Positions 38,735 through 51,135 of a DNA stretch of 64,000 nt are shown here, piece after piece. The translations under genes were made by a program, and so were the position numbers. The stretch comes from Narcine bancroftii (taxonomy: Eukaryota), in NCBI RefSeq assembly GCF_036971445.1, contig NC_091473.1:207080001-207144000 (forward strand), given 5' to 3'. Every line of letters starts with the position of its first letter. The stretch's first letter is position 1. Below the pieces are notes generated by a model that saw only the letters and a list, made by a program, of their open reading frames with translations, was not told the origin of the DNA and did no database searches.

Positions 38735-39531
38735 TAATAGAGCAAGTGACGGCGAGTCCCAGGCAAATTGAAGACCTTCAATTTTCTTCTGTCAATTAAA
38801 GAGACAAAGAGAAAGCTGTGGGGCAGAATGAAATCACAGAAAAACTCGATAATTATTTTCTTTGAAACGCTCAGATAAATCATGTTTAAGCTCCATTGCT
38901 TATATTCGTTTGTTAACATAAAGTTGGACAGAAATTCGCTGCTTTATGAGGCCAATATTGAGCTGGTATTGTGCGTGTTTAAAAATGGTTAAAATCTCTT
39001 CCCTAAAATTAAGGATCTATTGAAGGAATAAAATATTGCATTTAAGGAGAATCCTTAAGGATTCATTATTTGGAAGAGGACGATGTGGACATTGTTAAGG
39101 CCAGTGGGAATATATGTTTCATTTTCTTTATATTGGGTTTAACATACAAAGTCATCTATTATAACAAACAGATTAAATATAAACATCTATTCATAAATGT
39201 TTAACATTATTTCTTTAAAACATCAAATTCTATCAATTTGGTTATTAACCGTTTATCACTTTCTCATAATGTATTCCAATATAATTCTTGATAGAAAATG
39301 AATAAGGCTAAATTAAACAATCCCTGTTTCTAAACAGAGGGTAAATTCTATCTTAAGTAATGATATGATCCATGACAATCATATTTAAACCCATGTTTAA
39401 CAAGTTAATCTAAACAAAAGATATGGTAAAAGGGAAAAAAAGAAAGAATACCTAAAACTAATCTAACCTTTCCCTATAATCAAAATTAACTTGTAAAGAT
39501 TGGTGTATTTGTAAGGGGGTTGGGCACTGTG

Positions 39532-39597
39532 TGAATTATGGGGGAGGCAGCACGGTTTTGATATTTGGAAGTGGGACTCGAGTAATTATCCAACCAA
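39532..39597 (+). CDS. TRAJ: TCR alpha J segment (NYGGGSTVLIFGSGTRVIIQP)
   Basis: RSS tgtatttgt-12-cactgtg; FGSG; gtaagt. Confidence 0.95.
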
Positions 39598-40141
39598 GTA
39601 AGTTTCTGGAAAATATATTCTAACTTACAAATGTTAATTAATATCAGAAACATAGTATTAATTTTCGTACTCGCTGTAACAAATAAGAAAATGTTATCTC
39701 CATCTCCCAGTTCAAAAAGTGAGGATACTTTAGCGGACATTTTGTTAGCGATTAAAACTAATCATTTATTTATAATACACAAAAGTGCTGGAGGATCTCA
39801 GCAGGTGACGCAGTGTCCTCAGGACGCAGAGATATATAAGCAGCGTTTTGGGCCTGAACCCTTTGTTAGGGCAATCCATTTTCAGAATTGTTACTTCACC
39901 TTGACTGGTAATTGACCATTTACAAGTTAAGGAAAGCGACAGACAAGCATGCATGCTGACAAACAGAAGAACTTATAGATGGAGAGACTATCGAAATAAT
40001 GGGAGATGGGCAGATGAACAGTGAGAGATAGGGGAGATAACCACGTGACAAATACAAAAATTAGCATCTATCTGTATTATTACTTCATGAAAACAACAAT
40101 GGATTGGCAGGGTGAATATTGTAAGAGGGCTTTTCACCGTG

Positions 40142-40201
40142 TGAATTATGGAGGAAGCAATTTAATATTTGGAAGTGGAACCTGGCTGACTGTAGAACCC
40201 A
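40142..40201 (+). CDS. TRAJ: TCR alpha J segment (NYGGSNLIFGSGTWLTVEP)
   Basis: RSS gaatattgt-12-caccgtg; FGSG; gtaagt. Confidence 0.92.
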
Positions 40202-40408
40202 GTAAGTTCCAATATTACCAATCTGCAGAAATTTCTGTAATTTCCGTCGTTAGTGAAAGCATGTGTGCAGAACTGGACATCCTTCCTGATATTTGAGGAG
40301 ATATGTGATAAATTGTGGACCCCCATAAGCCGCTTGGTTTTCATGAATCGAATCTAAAACTAATCGATTATCTTCCCATGCCGAAAGAGCAACCAAGTCA
40401 GCCACTAG

Positions 40409-40460
40409 GAATTCAGGCAGTTAATATTTGGGACAAAAACTCGAGTATTTGTCGAAACAG
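40409..40460 (+). pseudogene. TRAJ: J-alpha pseudogene (..QLIFGTKTRVFVET), paralogue of 20925-20987
   Basis: Broken heptamer, FGTK, no donor; flanks align with about 20850-21560. Confidence 0.7.
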
Positions 40461-41524
40461 AAAAGGGCAGAGAAGGCCATTATACTTTAATACTATTAAT
40501 TACAAATAAAATCTTACCATTAATTCTAAATACAGACTCAAAGCAAATATGAACATTGTAGAAGGCATCATCCCCGTCTCATACATTAGAAGACAGTGAG
40601 TGTTAATTAACATATATTCTGCTTAAAATGCAGACCAGTTGGCTATATTCTCTTTTTCAGAATTGCCTCCATATCTTGAATTGTAAATAATTGCTTATCA
40701 TCAGGTGAAATAATGTTTCAAAAGGATTTACAGGTAAGCAGGCTGACATGCCAACGCCTGACAGACATATAAATAGTTCGATAGATTAACACATAAATCT
40801 ATATACAAACAGTGGTTAGTTACTTTAAATAGATAGATCNNNNNNNNNNNNNNNNNNNNNNNNNNNNNNNNNNNNNNNNNNNNNNNNNNNNNNNNNNNNN
40901 NNNNNNNNNNNNNNNNNNNNNNNNNNNNNNNNNNNNNNNNNNNNNNNNNNNNNNNNNNNNNNNNNNNNNNNNNNNNNNNNNNNNNNNNNNNNNNNNNNNN
41001 NNNNNNNNNNNNNNNNNNNNNNNNNNNNNNNNNNNNNNNNNNNNNNNNNNNNNNNNNNNCTCACATCCCAAAGCTTAGTAAGATAATAAGATGCTATAAA
41101 TTATTCCTAGTGCGCAGATGAATGGTGAAATCTGAAGAGTATTAGTAGGTGGTGAGAATACATTTGGAGGTAACAAGATCAATATGATTTGCTGAACGAG
41201 TGGTCAGTGCAGGCCCTATGTATCTAAGGGCCTCATGTCGTGCTGTATTTTTCTCTGATTCATGCATAAAGATTTTTAAGGTCAACATATATTCAGTGGG
41301 GTGAATGGGCCAGATTATGTTTTCTTTGAGAGAATCAATGCATTCATAAATTGACACATTAGAGATATCCTGTCACATAAAGTATATTGATAATAAAATA
41401 ATATTTATAGAATTTACATTTATGAATGAAAACGACAAAACTTTAAATTTAGTTGCACACCTCAGTATTTCTGATAAACTGCCCCTAATGGTACAGTGTT
41501 ATTGTGAAGCCACCTGGCACTGTG

Positions 41525-41581
41525 TGAATAGTAACAGCAAACTCACCTTTGGATCAGGGACCACATTGACTGTAATTCCAA
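41525..41581 (+). CDS. TRAJ: TCR alpha J segment (NSNSKLTFGSGTTLTVIP)
   Basis: RSS tgttattgt-12-cactgtg; FGSG; gtaagt. Confidence 0.95.
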
Positions 41582-41736
41582 GTAAGTCGACCTCGATCGC
41601 CATAAAATAGATGGTTCAATCTTCTAATTAGTTTGAAGATGTTTGCATTTAGGAGTCCTTGTGATAACAGGATTGTTATTAAGGACAATACGGGGTTAAA
41701 TCGTCGGTATTTACTCTGAGAGAGCCAAACACTGTG

Positions 41737-41799
41737 TGAATTATGAAAAAAATAACAAATTAATCTTTGGAAGTGGAACAAAAATGTTTGTGGAAAGCA
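41737..41799 (+). pseudogene. TRAJ: J-alpha pseudogene (NYEKNNKLIFGSGTKMFVES)
   Basis: Perfect heptamer cactgtg, poor nonamer; donor mutated to ataagt. Confidence 0.85.
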
Positions 41800-42263
41800 A
41801 TAAGTGCAATAAACTGTTAATTCCCGTATGTTTAATTGAATTAAAAAGAGAGAATAAATATTCAAATAAATGTAAATGACCAAAAAGAAAGGACTTTGTG
41901 GGTTTCAGATGCCATTTCAGTCTGTAAAACTCAATGATGTTGTGAATACAGAAAATTCTGTAAATACTCAGCAGATAAGGGAGTATCTGTGAAGAGTAAA
42001 CCACATTTGAAGTGTTAGGTAAAAGGACCATCATCAGTCTCTGTCAACTAACTCCGTCCTTTTATCCACATATGCTGCTTGACCTGATTGATATTTTCAT
42101 AATTTATCTTTTAATCTAGATAAATAATTAAATAAATGAGAATAATGACAGGTGCATCTTACATTCGTTCAGAACTGTTCTGTCGTAAGTGATAACGTGG
42201 TGGAATTTTCAAAAGGGCAATGTGCATTGACTGGCCGTTATTGTAAGAGGGTCAGAAACTGTG

Positions 42264-42326
42264 TGAATTATGGAGGGGACATTAAAATTATGTTTGGAAG
42301 CGGGACAAGAGTGGTTATGGAACCCA
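42264..42326 (+). CDS. TRAJ: TCR alpha J segment (NYGGDIKIMFGSGTRVVMEP)
   Basis: RSS cgttattgt-12-aactgtg; FGSG; gtaagt. Confidence 0.94.
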
Positions 42327-45154
42327 GTAAGTGTTGAAATATTTATGATTCGTTGCAAGCATGAACAAGAGGGGAAACCCAATAACCTGCAACCTTATAT
42401 CCTAATTCAAAAAAAAACAAAAATTTATAACTCAAATTGTCATTAAAAAAAAAACAGATGTTTTGATTTTAATGGAAGTGTAATATTGATAGATGAACCA
42501 ACAGAGAAACAAATGGAAAAAATATGGTAATTTTGTGTTTTATTGCAATTACATTGTCTGCAGACAGTCGTTTTCCAAGCTGTCTGTGTGGGGACTAACT
42601 ATTTATTTTTATGACCATCATAGCCCTTCATCAAATTGTTATAATTTTAGATAGAAAGGCTCGTCAACACATATCTATTTATCTAACTTATTATCTATCC
42701 TTCTATCTATCATNNNNNNNNNNNNNNNNNNNNNNNNNNNNNNNNNNNNNNNNNNNNNNNNNNNNNNNNNNNNNNNNNNNNNNNNNNNNNNNNNNNNNNN
42801 NNNNNNNNNNNNNNNNNNNNNNNNNNNNNNNNNNNNNNNNNNNNNNATCGATGATCTGTCTATCAATATATCTATCAGATAAATGGTCGGAAGGTAGGTA
42901 CACAGACAGCGAGGTTCATGACAGACAGTCTGTTGATAGCGAAATACACATAGATAGAGTTATGGATTTTTCCTGCGTAGAAACATGTCCAACTCATTCA
43001 TGCACACAAAAATGCCAACCTCATCAAGTTACATTTGCCTGCATTGAGTCCCAATTTTTTTTATCCAATCGCCAGTCAAAATATTGTAGTGATCCCTGCC
43101 TTTACCTTTTTTCTCTGGCAACTGGTTCCATGCACTGACAACCCCCAGAACTTTTTTCTCTCTCATCTTAAGCCTTCGCCCTCGAGTTTCAAATTCCGCA
43201 ATCCCACATGAAAAAAAATCTAAGAATTCACCTCATCTGTGCCCTCAAGGTTTTATTTACCTCTGTAATGTCCCTTCTCAACATCTGACACACTAGACTA
43301 TCCAGTCTCTCATTTTAACTCCATTATTTCAGTCTCAGTGACATCCTCGTGAATCTTTGCTGCACCCTTTCCAGTAAAATTTCATTCTTCACATAACAGG
43401 GCGCCCAGAACTTACGAGAGTCAGGTAGACATATAGCAATCAATTATATGCATGGTTAACGTGATATCTCGAATGATGTGCTCTGCTAATTGCATGGAGC
43501 AAACAATTATCCCAATGCAAAAAAAAACACATTGAGGGGTTCAGAAACAAAAACAAAGCAAATGGTGTTGAGAGTGGTTTAGTAATGATGGTATCAAAAT
43601 GTAGAATGGGATCAAAGAGCTAAATGGCCTATTCTATCCCATGCTTTTCAGATGCAATTGCAGTCCTAATGTGCAAGCCTGGACAAGACATTTAAATGCA
43701 TGTCAAATGGTACACCCACAAAAAACGATTACTTTCTGAATGGATGCATGATAGTGAGTGAATGTAACATCAAGGATAAGGAAGCAGATTGGCTGCAATT
43801 TTAAGCACGTCATCCCTTTTCCGGTTAACTCACCTAATCACCTGGTCAATTAATCCCCTTCGTGCAATAATGACCACCAAAAGATTTTGTGATATTCATT
43901 CAATCGAGTTGGGCTTCTCAGGATGAGCCAACATTTGATTGCCCATCCATAAATCTCCTTTGAGACGGTGGTGTTGAGCTGCCTTCTTGAACCACTCTAA
44001 CCCTTAATATGTGAGTGAACCCACAACGTTGTTATCGAGTGAGTTCCAGAATTTTGGCTCAAGGACGCTGAATTAACATTTACAAGTCAGGATGGTGGGT
44101 GGCTTGGAGGGTAACTTCGAAGTTGTGGTGCTCCCATGATTCTACTCCACTGTCCCTTCCAGTTCTTTGAAGTCGTGGGTTGGAAGGTACTGTTTGAAGA
44201 CTAGAGGTGGAAAATGCAGGAGATTGGAGAATCACACGATCTACTGGAGATAGAAGAGCATCAGAGCTGTTCGCTGATGCTGCTCAACCAGGAGTTATGT
44301 TTGCTGTTAAAATACCTTCTTGGTCTTCTGTAGTATATCTTGCAGACGGTACAAACTGATTCGAAATATTTGCGCCATTGGTCTTCTGAAGGTCTGCTGC
44401 ATTTTCCAAAATCAAAGTTGTCTGATTGATAGTGGATTGATCCATGAAGTTTCTCTTTAATGAGGGATTTAGGCAGTAGGTGGACTTTCAGCAGACAATT
44501 AGCTTCCCGTGCAAATCAGTGTTCAGCAGAAACTAGATCTATCAGGTATTAGGTATCAGGTAGGGTTTATTGTCGCTTTAACACCATACTGCAAAGCAGT
44601 GCCACAGAATTAAAACAAGATAACGTTCTCGACACCACAGTGATTATACAAAAGCTGCTTGACCAAACAGTACTACATACAATTAATTGTTCAGAGATAA
44701 GACAAAGGCATAAGTAAGGAGTCTTTAACATATTGATAGAATTTGAGGTTTTAAAAATGCACGTCAGTTCAAGTGGAAAACATTCCCCGATCCTCTGAAA
44801 GGCTCTGGAGGTTGGAATATTTGAGGTGGAAGGTGGAAGCGGTGGATACTTTAGTGAAAGATTAAGGAATATACTGCTGCTGGGAAACGGCAAAGAAGAA
44901 GAGATATAGCCTTGGGAATAATCAGTGCAAATTGAATAGTGGTTCTGGGTTGAGGGGCCCCTGATCATGTATTTTGGGTCCTTTGTATGTTGCCACTATA
45001 ACTGTAGATGCTAGAAATTCGAGATAAAAGAGAACATCCTGGCATGTTTCGGTCCTGGGACTTGTTCCATCACATCCCACCCAACATCAACGCAAAGGTT
45101 TACATTTCTAAGGAACCTCCCATGTATGTTTTTGTGAGGTCGTCCACTGCTGTG

Positions 45155-45211
45155 TAACTAACGGCTATCAGAAAATATTTGGATCTGGCACAAGTCTGAT
45201 CATACGTCCAC
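45155..45211 (+). CDS. TRAJ: Most C-proximal visible J-alpha segment (TNGYQKIFGSGTSLIIRP)
   Basis: RSS tgtttttgt-12-tgctgtg; FGSG; donor gtaaat. Confidence 0.9.
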
Positions 45212-46189
45212 GTAAATCCACTTTGNNNNNNNNNNNNNNNNNNNNNNNNNNNNNNNNNNNNNNNNNNNNNNNNNNNNNNNNNNNNNNNNNNNNNNNNNNN
45301 NNNNNNNNNNNNNNNNNNNNNNNNNNNNNNNNNNNNNNNNNNNNNNNNNNNNNNNNNNNNNNNNNNNNNNNNNNNNNNNNNNNNNNNNNNNNNNNNNNNN
45401 NNNNNNNNNNNNAACATTTACTTAGGTTAGTATTCACAGAAAAGCTTCTATTCATAAACATTTTTCACACAACTTCCTTCTGCCCCAATCACCAAAACAA
45501 ATTTCGACCTAATTAGGCACATAGACTCATGTCCAACGTGCCTTAACTGTATGTACCAGCCACCCGAGCAGACCTTGTCAGATGTCTTATTTTAGTCCAT
45601 GTAGAAAGCATCTATTTCCCGGCCTACATCAATCTTTTTTGTTACCTCCACTAAACAAAAAGCACAATCGACATAATGAGGCAGGATTTCCCCAAACAAA
45701 GCCATCCATCCTTATCTAGTGAACAGGAAATCTGTAGATGCTAGGGTCAAGAGGAGTACACAAATGTTCTAGAGAAACACAGCAGTTCACACAGCATTTG
45801 AGCAAATAAATGTAACCAGTGTATCAGGCCTGAACCCTTCATTAGGAATCCCGAACTAGTCCTTCATTTTCCAAATGCATATAAAATCCAAACCCTTGGA
45901 ATTTTACAGTAATTTCCCAGCTACCGACATTAGGTTGGCCTGGCTGTAGTTAGCTGACTTATCCTTGGTATCCTTCTTCAATGAAGGAACAACATCTGCA
46001 TTTCACCAATCATCTAGTGCCTTGACCTTGTCCTACAAAGGTGAAAAAATTTCCACCTGGACCCTAGAAATCATAGCCCTTCTTAATTGCACATATTCTG
46101 ATATCGCAGTTATCTGGCCTTTGTGTTGATAAGACCAAACAAATATTTGGATTTTGGTGCATTCTCTGTAGACGAATCGATTTTTACCA

Positions 46190-48700
46190 ATTATATGGTA
46201 TGACCATACTCATGGGGTTGTATTATAGACTGCCCAGTAGTCAACGAGATTTGGAGGAGAGAATCTGTAGAGAGATATCAGACAGCTGCAGGTAATATAC
46301 GGTTGTGACAGTAGATTTTAATTTTCCATATATTGATTGGTACTCCCATATTGAAAAAGGGCTGGTGACTTGGAATTTGTCAATTGTGTTCAAGAAAGTT
46401 TTCTAAATCAATATATAGAGGTACCAACTAGAGAGAGTGCAATATTCAATCTCCTATTAGGGAACGAGACTAGACAAGTGACAGAAGTATGTGCATGTGG
46501 AATATTTTGGGTCCAGTGATCATAATGGCATTCATTTCAAGTGAATTATGGAGAAGGATAGCTCTGAGACTCGGGTTGAGATTCTAAATTGGAGAAAGGC
46601 CAATTTTAAGGAAATGGAAAAGAATCTAGAATGTATGGATTGGGATCATTTGTTTTCAGGCAAGGATATGCGAGGTAAGTGAAGACCTTCAAAGAGGACA
46701 TTTTGAGAATACAGGGCTTGTCAGGATTAAAGGAAAGGTTAGCAGGCATAGAGAACCTTGTTTTTTGTGAGATATTGGGGATCTGGTTCAGAAGAAGAGA
46801 GAGGTGTATAACAGGTATAAGCAACATGAACCAAATGGGGTACTTGAGAGAATAGAAATGCAAGAAAAACCTCAAGAAATAAATCATGATGGCTAAAAGA
46901 AGACATGGGGTTGCTTTGCCAGACAATGTGAAGGAAGATCCTAAGGGTTTCTAGAGGTTCAGTAAATAAAGAGCAAACGAATAGTTAGGGACAAAATTGC
47001 CCCCTTGAAAATCAGGGTGGTCAACTTTGAATGGAGCTAAAAGAGATCTTAAATCTTTTTTTTTTTCATCCATATTCACTCAGGAAACGTGCAGAGAATC
47101 GTGGGAATTGAGTGAAACGAGTACTAGGACCATGGAATCTTTTCGGTTTAAAGAAGAGGAAATAATTGTTGTCTTAAAACAAATAAGGCTGGATATAGCC
47201 CAAGGGCCTGAAAGGATATTCCCTCGGACCATGAGGAAGGCAAATGTAGAAATTTCAGGAGTTCTGGCAGAAATGTTTAAGATGTCCTTGGCTGGAGGAT
47301 TGGAGGATAGCTCACACTTTTCCATTGTTAAGGCTCCAGAATTAACCCTGGAAATTATAGTCCGGTGTGCCTGACGTCATCAATAGGTAAGCTATTGGAA
47401 GGTGTTCAAATAGATCGAATATACAATTATTTGGATAGCCAGAGACTGATTAGGGATCGTCCACATGGCTTTGTGCATGGTAGATCGTGTTTAACAAATC
47501 AGAGTTTTTAGCGGAGGTTACCAGTAAAGTTGGCGAAGGAAAGGCTTTGAATGTTGTCAACATGGACGTTAGTAATGCCTATGACAAGGTCCCATATAGG
47601 AGGTTAGTAAGGATCAGACGCTAGGCATTCATGATGAGGTGGTGAACTGAGTTCGATAATGGCTGGTTTGGAGAAGCCATAGAGCAGTGGTAGATTATTG
47701 CTTCTCAGACTTGAGACCTGACTTCAGACATCTCCTACTTGGGTGGTGTGCATCGAGGATTGGTAATAGGGCCATTGCTTTTTATCTATAACAGTGATCT
47801 GGATGATAGCGTGCTAAATTGAATCAGCAAATTTGCAGATAATGCTAAGATTGGAGGTGTTGTGGACAGCGAAGAAGGTTTTCAAAACTAGCAGGTGGAT
47901 ATAGACCATTTGGAAAATGGGATGAAAAATGGCTGATGGAATTTAATGCAGACAATGTGAGGTGTTACATTTTAGAAGGACATACCAAGAAAAGGCATAT
48001 ATGGTAAATGGTTGGGCACTGAGGAGTCTGGTAGAACAGAGGGATCTGGGAATACAGACACAGAATTCCCTGAAAGTGGTTTCACAGGTGGATAGGATTG
48101 TAAGGAGCTTGTGGCATGTGGGCCTTCATAAATCAAAGTATTGAGTATAGGAGTTGGGATGTTATTGTAAGGTTGTATAAAACATTGTAGTATTTGGAGT
48201 ATTTTGTGCAGTTTTGGTCATCTAACTAACTACAGTAAAAATATCAATAAGATAGAAAAAGTGCAGAGAAGATTTACTCCAATGTTGCCCGGACTTCAGG
48301 AACAGAGTTACAGCGAAAACTTAAACAGGTTATGGGGGAGATTTTAAGACATGAGGGGGAGATACAGAGTAAATGAAGATAGACTTTATCCACGGAGTGC
48401 AGGTGAGATATCAACCAGACGATATGGGTAAAGAGTGAAAGGGGAAAAGTTTAGTGGGAACATAAGTGGGAATATTTTCACATAGAGAGTGGTGGGAGTG
48501 TGGAACGAGCTGCCAGCTGAAGTGGTGAATTCACGCTCGATTTTAACACTTAAAACTAATGTGCGCAGGTACATGGATGAGTGAGGTATGGAGGGCTATG
48601 GATTGGGTGCAGATCAATGGGACTGAGCAAAAACATAGTTCGGTACAGACTAGAAGGGCCAAAGGGGGCTTGCTTCTGTGCTGTAATGTTCTATGGTTAT
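46190..48700 (+). mobile_element. Degenerate CR1-clade LINE ORF2 (endonuclease-RT) fragment with 3' end
   Basis: Remnant motifs GLYYR, DFNFPYIDW, NYSPVCLTS, DKVPY, KFADNAKIG with many stops and frameshifts. Confidence 0.85.
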
Positions 48701-49109
48701 ATATCCTTGCTTGCATTATAAAGGCAAGAAATATACAACTTTTCTTCGTACAAAGGTCAGCCATATTGCCGAATAATGTTGAAAATCAAGAAATAACACA
48801 TTAGACTAATACGGAGAATTACTGAATAATGGGGTTCAGCAAGGAATGTTCTCGAGTTGAACGTGTCTCCCAGGTTCCTGTCGTGCTTTAGACCAGAAAC
48901 TTTAGTATCATCCGGAAAGTGTTGATAAGAGAGAAGGAAGATTTTTGAAGATGGGTTTAATACAGAATTTGTGTAAATTGTTGTCACCGAGTCAGAAGTT
49001 TGTGCAGTAATAAAGCTTGACTTTTAGCTAATTCTGTCCATGATCATCAATCCCACGGCCTCCATAATAACATATCCATCAATGCTTGTCTAACTCCTCC
49101 TGAAATGGG

Positions 49110-49775
49110 CTTTAGACCATACTTGGAGCATTGTGTCCTGCTTGGTCGCCTCATTACAAGGTTACCTTGGAGAGGGTGCAGAGAAGATTTACCACCATGT
49201 TGTATGGATTGGAGAGCTGACAGAGCGAGCGTTTTTCTCTTTGGAGTGTCGAAGGCTGAAAGGTGACTTTAATGAGGTGCATGATCATGAGGGGCATAGA
49301 TAAGGTGGACAGCCAGCACCTTTTTATCGGGGCGACAATAGTAAATAACCAGAGAACAGCTGTTTAAGGCAATGGTTTTCAAACTTTTTTACCACTCACA
49401 TGCCACCTTAAGTAATCCCTATGCCATGGGTGCTCGGTTATTGGTAAGGGATTGCTTAGGGTGGTATGTGAATGGAAAGAAAAAGTTTGAAAACCACTAG
49501 TTTAAGTTCAGTGGAGGAAAGCTGAGGGGGGAAGTCAAAGGTAATGTTTTTAACTCAGATAGTGGGAGGTATATGGAACGCTTTTTCGGGGGTGATGGTG
49601 GAGGCAGGTCCATTGAGAACATTCAAAATAATATTAGGTATGAGCAGTGGAGAAAGAAAAATAACTTCTGGCCATGAGATGAGGGACATTATCTTGCTGT
49701 GAAGTAGGATTGCATAGGTCGCCACAACGTATTGGGCTGAAGAGATACTACTGTACTGTCATGTTCTGTTCTGTA
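49110..49775 (+). mobile_element. CR1 LINE 3' fragment
   Basis: Paralogous to 630-1205. Confidence 0.7.
49370..49499. mobile_element. Monomeric 130-bp hAT MITE inserted in a CR1 fragment
   Basis: Fold-back unit with TSD gtttaagg / gtttaagt. Confidence 0.75.
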
Positions 49776-50365
49776 TTTTAAAAGTAGAATTACATCTAAT
49801 TCCATCATCTTATCTGGCAGATTTGCATATATTAACCACTCTCTGTCCAAGAAACATAATCTTTAGGTGTAATTTAAAACTTATTTCTCACACCTCCACC
49901 AGATGCCTTCGACTTTTTGACGGCTCTCCCATGTCGAAACCGCTTTGCATCTTCCCTCTCCACACCTTAAATAGAGTCATAGAGCACGGAATAGGCCCTT
50001 CAGCCCAACTCGTTTAAGTAAAACAAGTCGTAATTCCGGGTCAATCTCATCTTCCTATGTTTTATCTGCAATTTTACCGCCCATTCCTACACATATAATC
50101 TTCTTCGCTTTTATTGGGTCACCCCTCAGGCTTATTCGTGCAGCGAAAACAAGCGAAGGTTCGGGGGTGAGTCGTTTTTTATGGCCTGTGTATGTGGTAT
50201 ATTTCTTCCATTATTATTGTAGGGGGAGGATAAAGTATTTGCCTGTTCAGATGATGGCCAGAGGGTTAAATTATCATCCCTCCTGTCAATCGCTCATGGG
50301 TTCCCTGGAAGCTGCGCAAAGCAGGACAGCAATGAGCTCACCCTCTGCCTTTCTTTCCTCCGTAG

Positions 50366-50662
50366 AAGGGGATGAATCATTGAAGCCGTCCCTCTATGTC
50401 CTCCGGCCATCTCCGTCTAAAAGCAATGACCAGGAGACCGATACCTCGGCGGCCTGCCTCGCCACCGAATACTTCTCCAACAAATACAATCTCAAAGTGA
50501 CCATCGGAGATGCCAGCAAGCAGAAGAGCAAAAAGGAGGCTTTGATCTCCATCAAGCACAAGACTTTCAATCTGTTCAGTTTCCTGTCTGTCCCCCGGTC
50601 TCAGATAATGAAAAGCATCTCATGTCAGCTCGAAACTCCGGGGGAAATAAAGAACGTCGAAG
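50366..50662 (+). CDS. TRAC: TCR alpha constant region exon 1 (Ig C domain)
   Basis: Pyrimidine tract plus cgtag acceptor, phase 1 matching the J donors; 297 nt encoding GDESLKPSLYVLRPS..AACLATEYF..SISCQLETPGEIKNVE with two Cys; donor gtaggt. Confidence 0.93.
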
Positions 50663-50889
50663 GTAGGTCGATTGTTTTATCACTGAAACTCCGTTTAACC
50701 GGCACCCTCGGGTCTCTGATTATGCCGGAATGATTCGTTCTGGACTATCGGGTATTTCGTATTAATGTGTCACTGAATCTTAAAGGTAATATTTCGGCGA
50801 ACTTCGCGAGTTTCAAGGGAGGGATCCCAGCAGAAATAGGTGCCTTTAGAGAGCGCGGAGAAGCCCAGGGCCCCACTGACTGCTTTGTT

Positions 50890-51135
50890 TTTACATTTAG
50901 ATTTGCAGCACGTCAACAGGTCCTTACGGCCCACGAACCCGGGCCGCCCAAATACCCCAATTAATATACGACCCCTTGTAGTTTTTGAAAGGTGACAGGA
51001 AACCGGAGGACCCGGAGGAAACCCACTCAGTCATGTGGAAAACGTACAAACTCCTTACAGACAATCCTGTATTTGAACGTGTCACTGGCGCGGTAGCAAC
51101 GTGGCGCAAACTGCTACGCTAACCGTGCCGCCCTA
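50890..51135 (-). mobile_element. tRNA-derived V-SINE (HE1-like) in C-alpha intron 1
   Basis: Reverse complement of the V-domain: aggaaaccggag..ggaggaaaccca..gtacaaactcc. Confidence 0.75.

Noticed and set aside
39060-39108. J-like relic LFGRG
   Set aside because: No recognisable RSS, degenerate FR4 and weak donor; not counted.
44636-44660. cacagtg followed by acaaaagct
   Set aside because: Spacer is only 5 bp, so it is not a 12- or 23-RSS; no D segment found.
310-45211. Regularly spaced conserved motifs with variable inserts resembling a CRISPR array
   Set aside because: They are RSS-J-splice donor units hundreds to thousands of bases apart in vertebrate DNA; no cas genes.
50167-50733. 188-aa ORF as a stand-alone gene
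   Set aside because: Only 50366-50662 is coding (C-alpha exon 1); the rest is read-through into introns.
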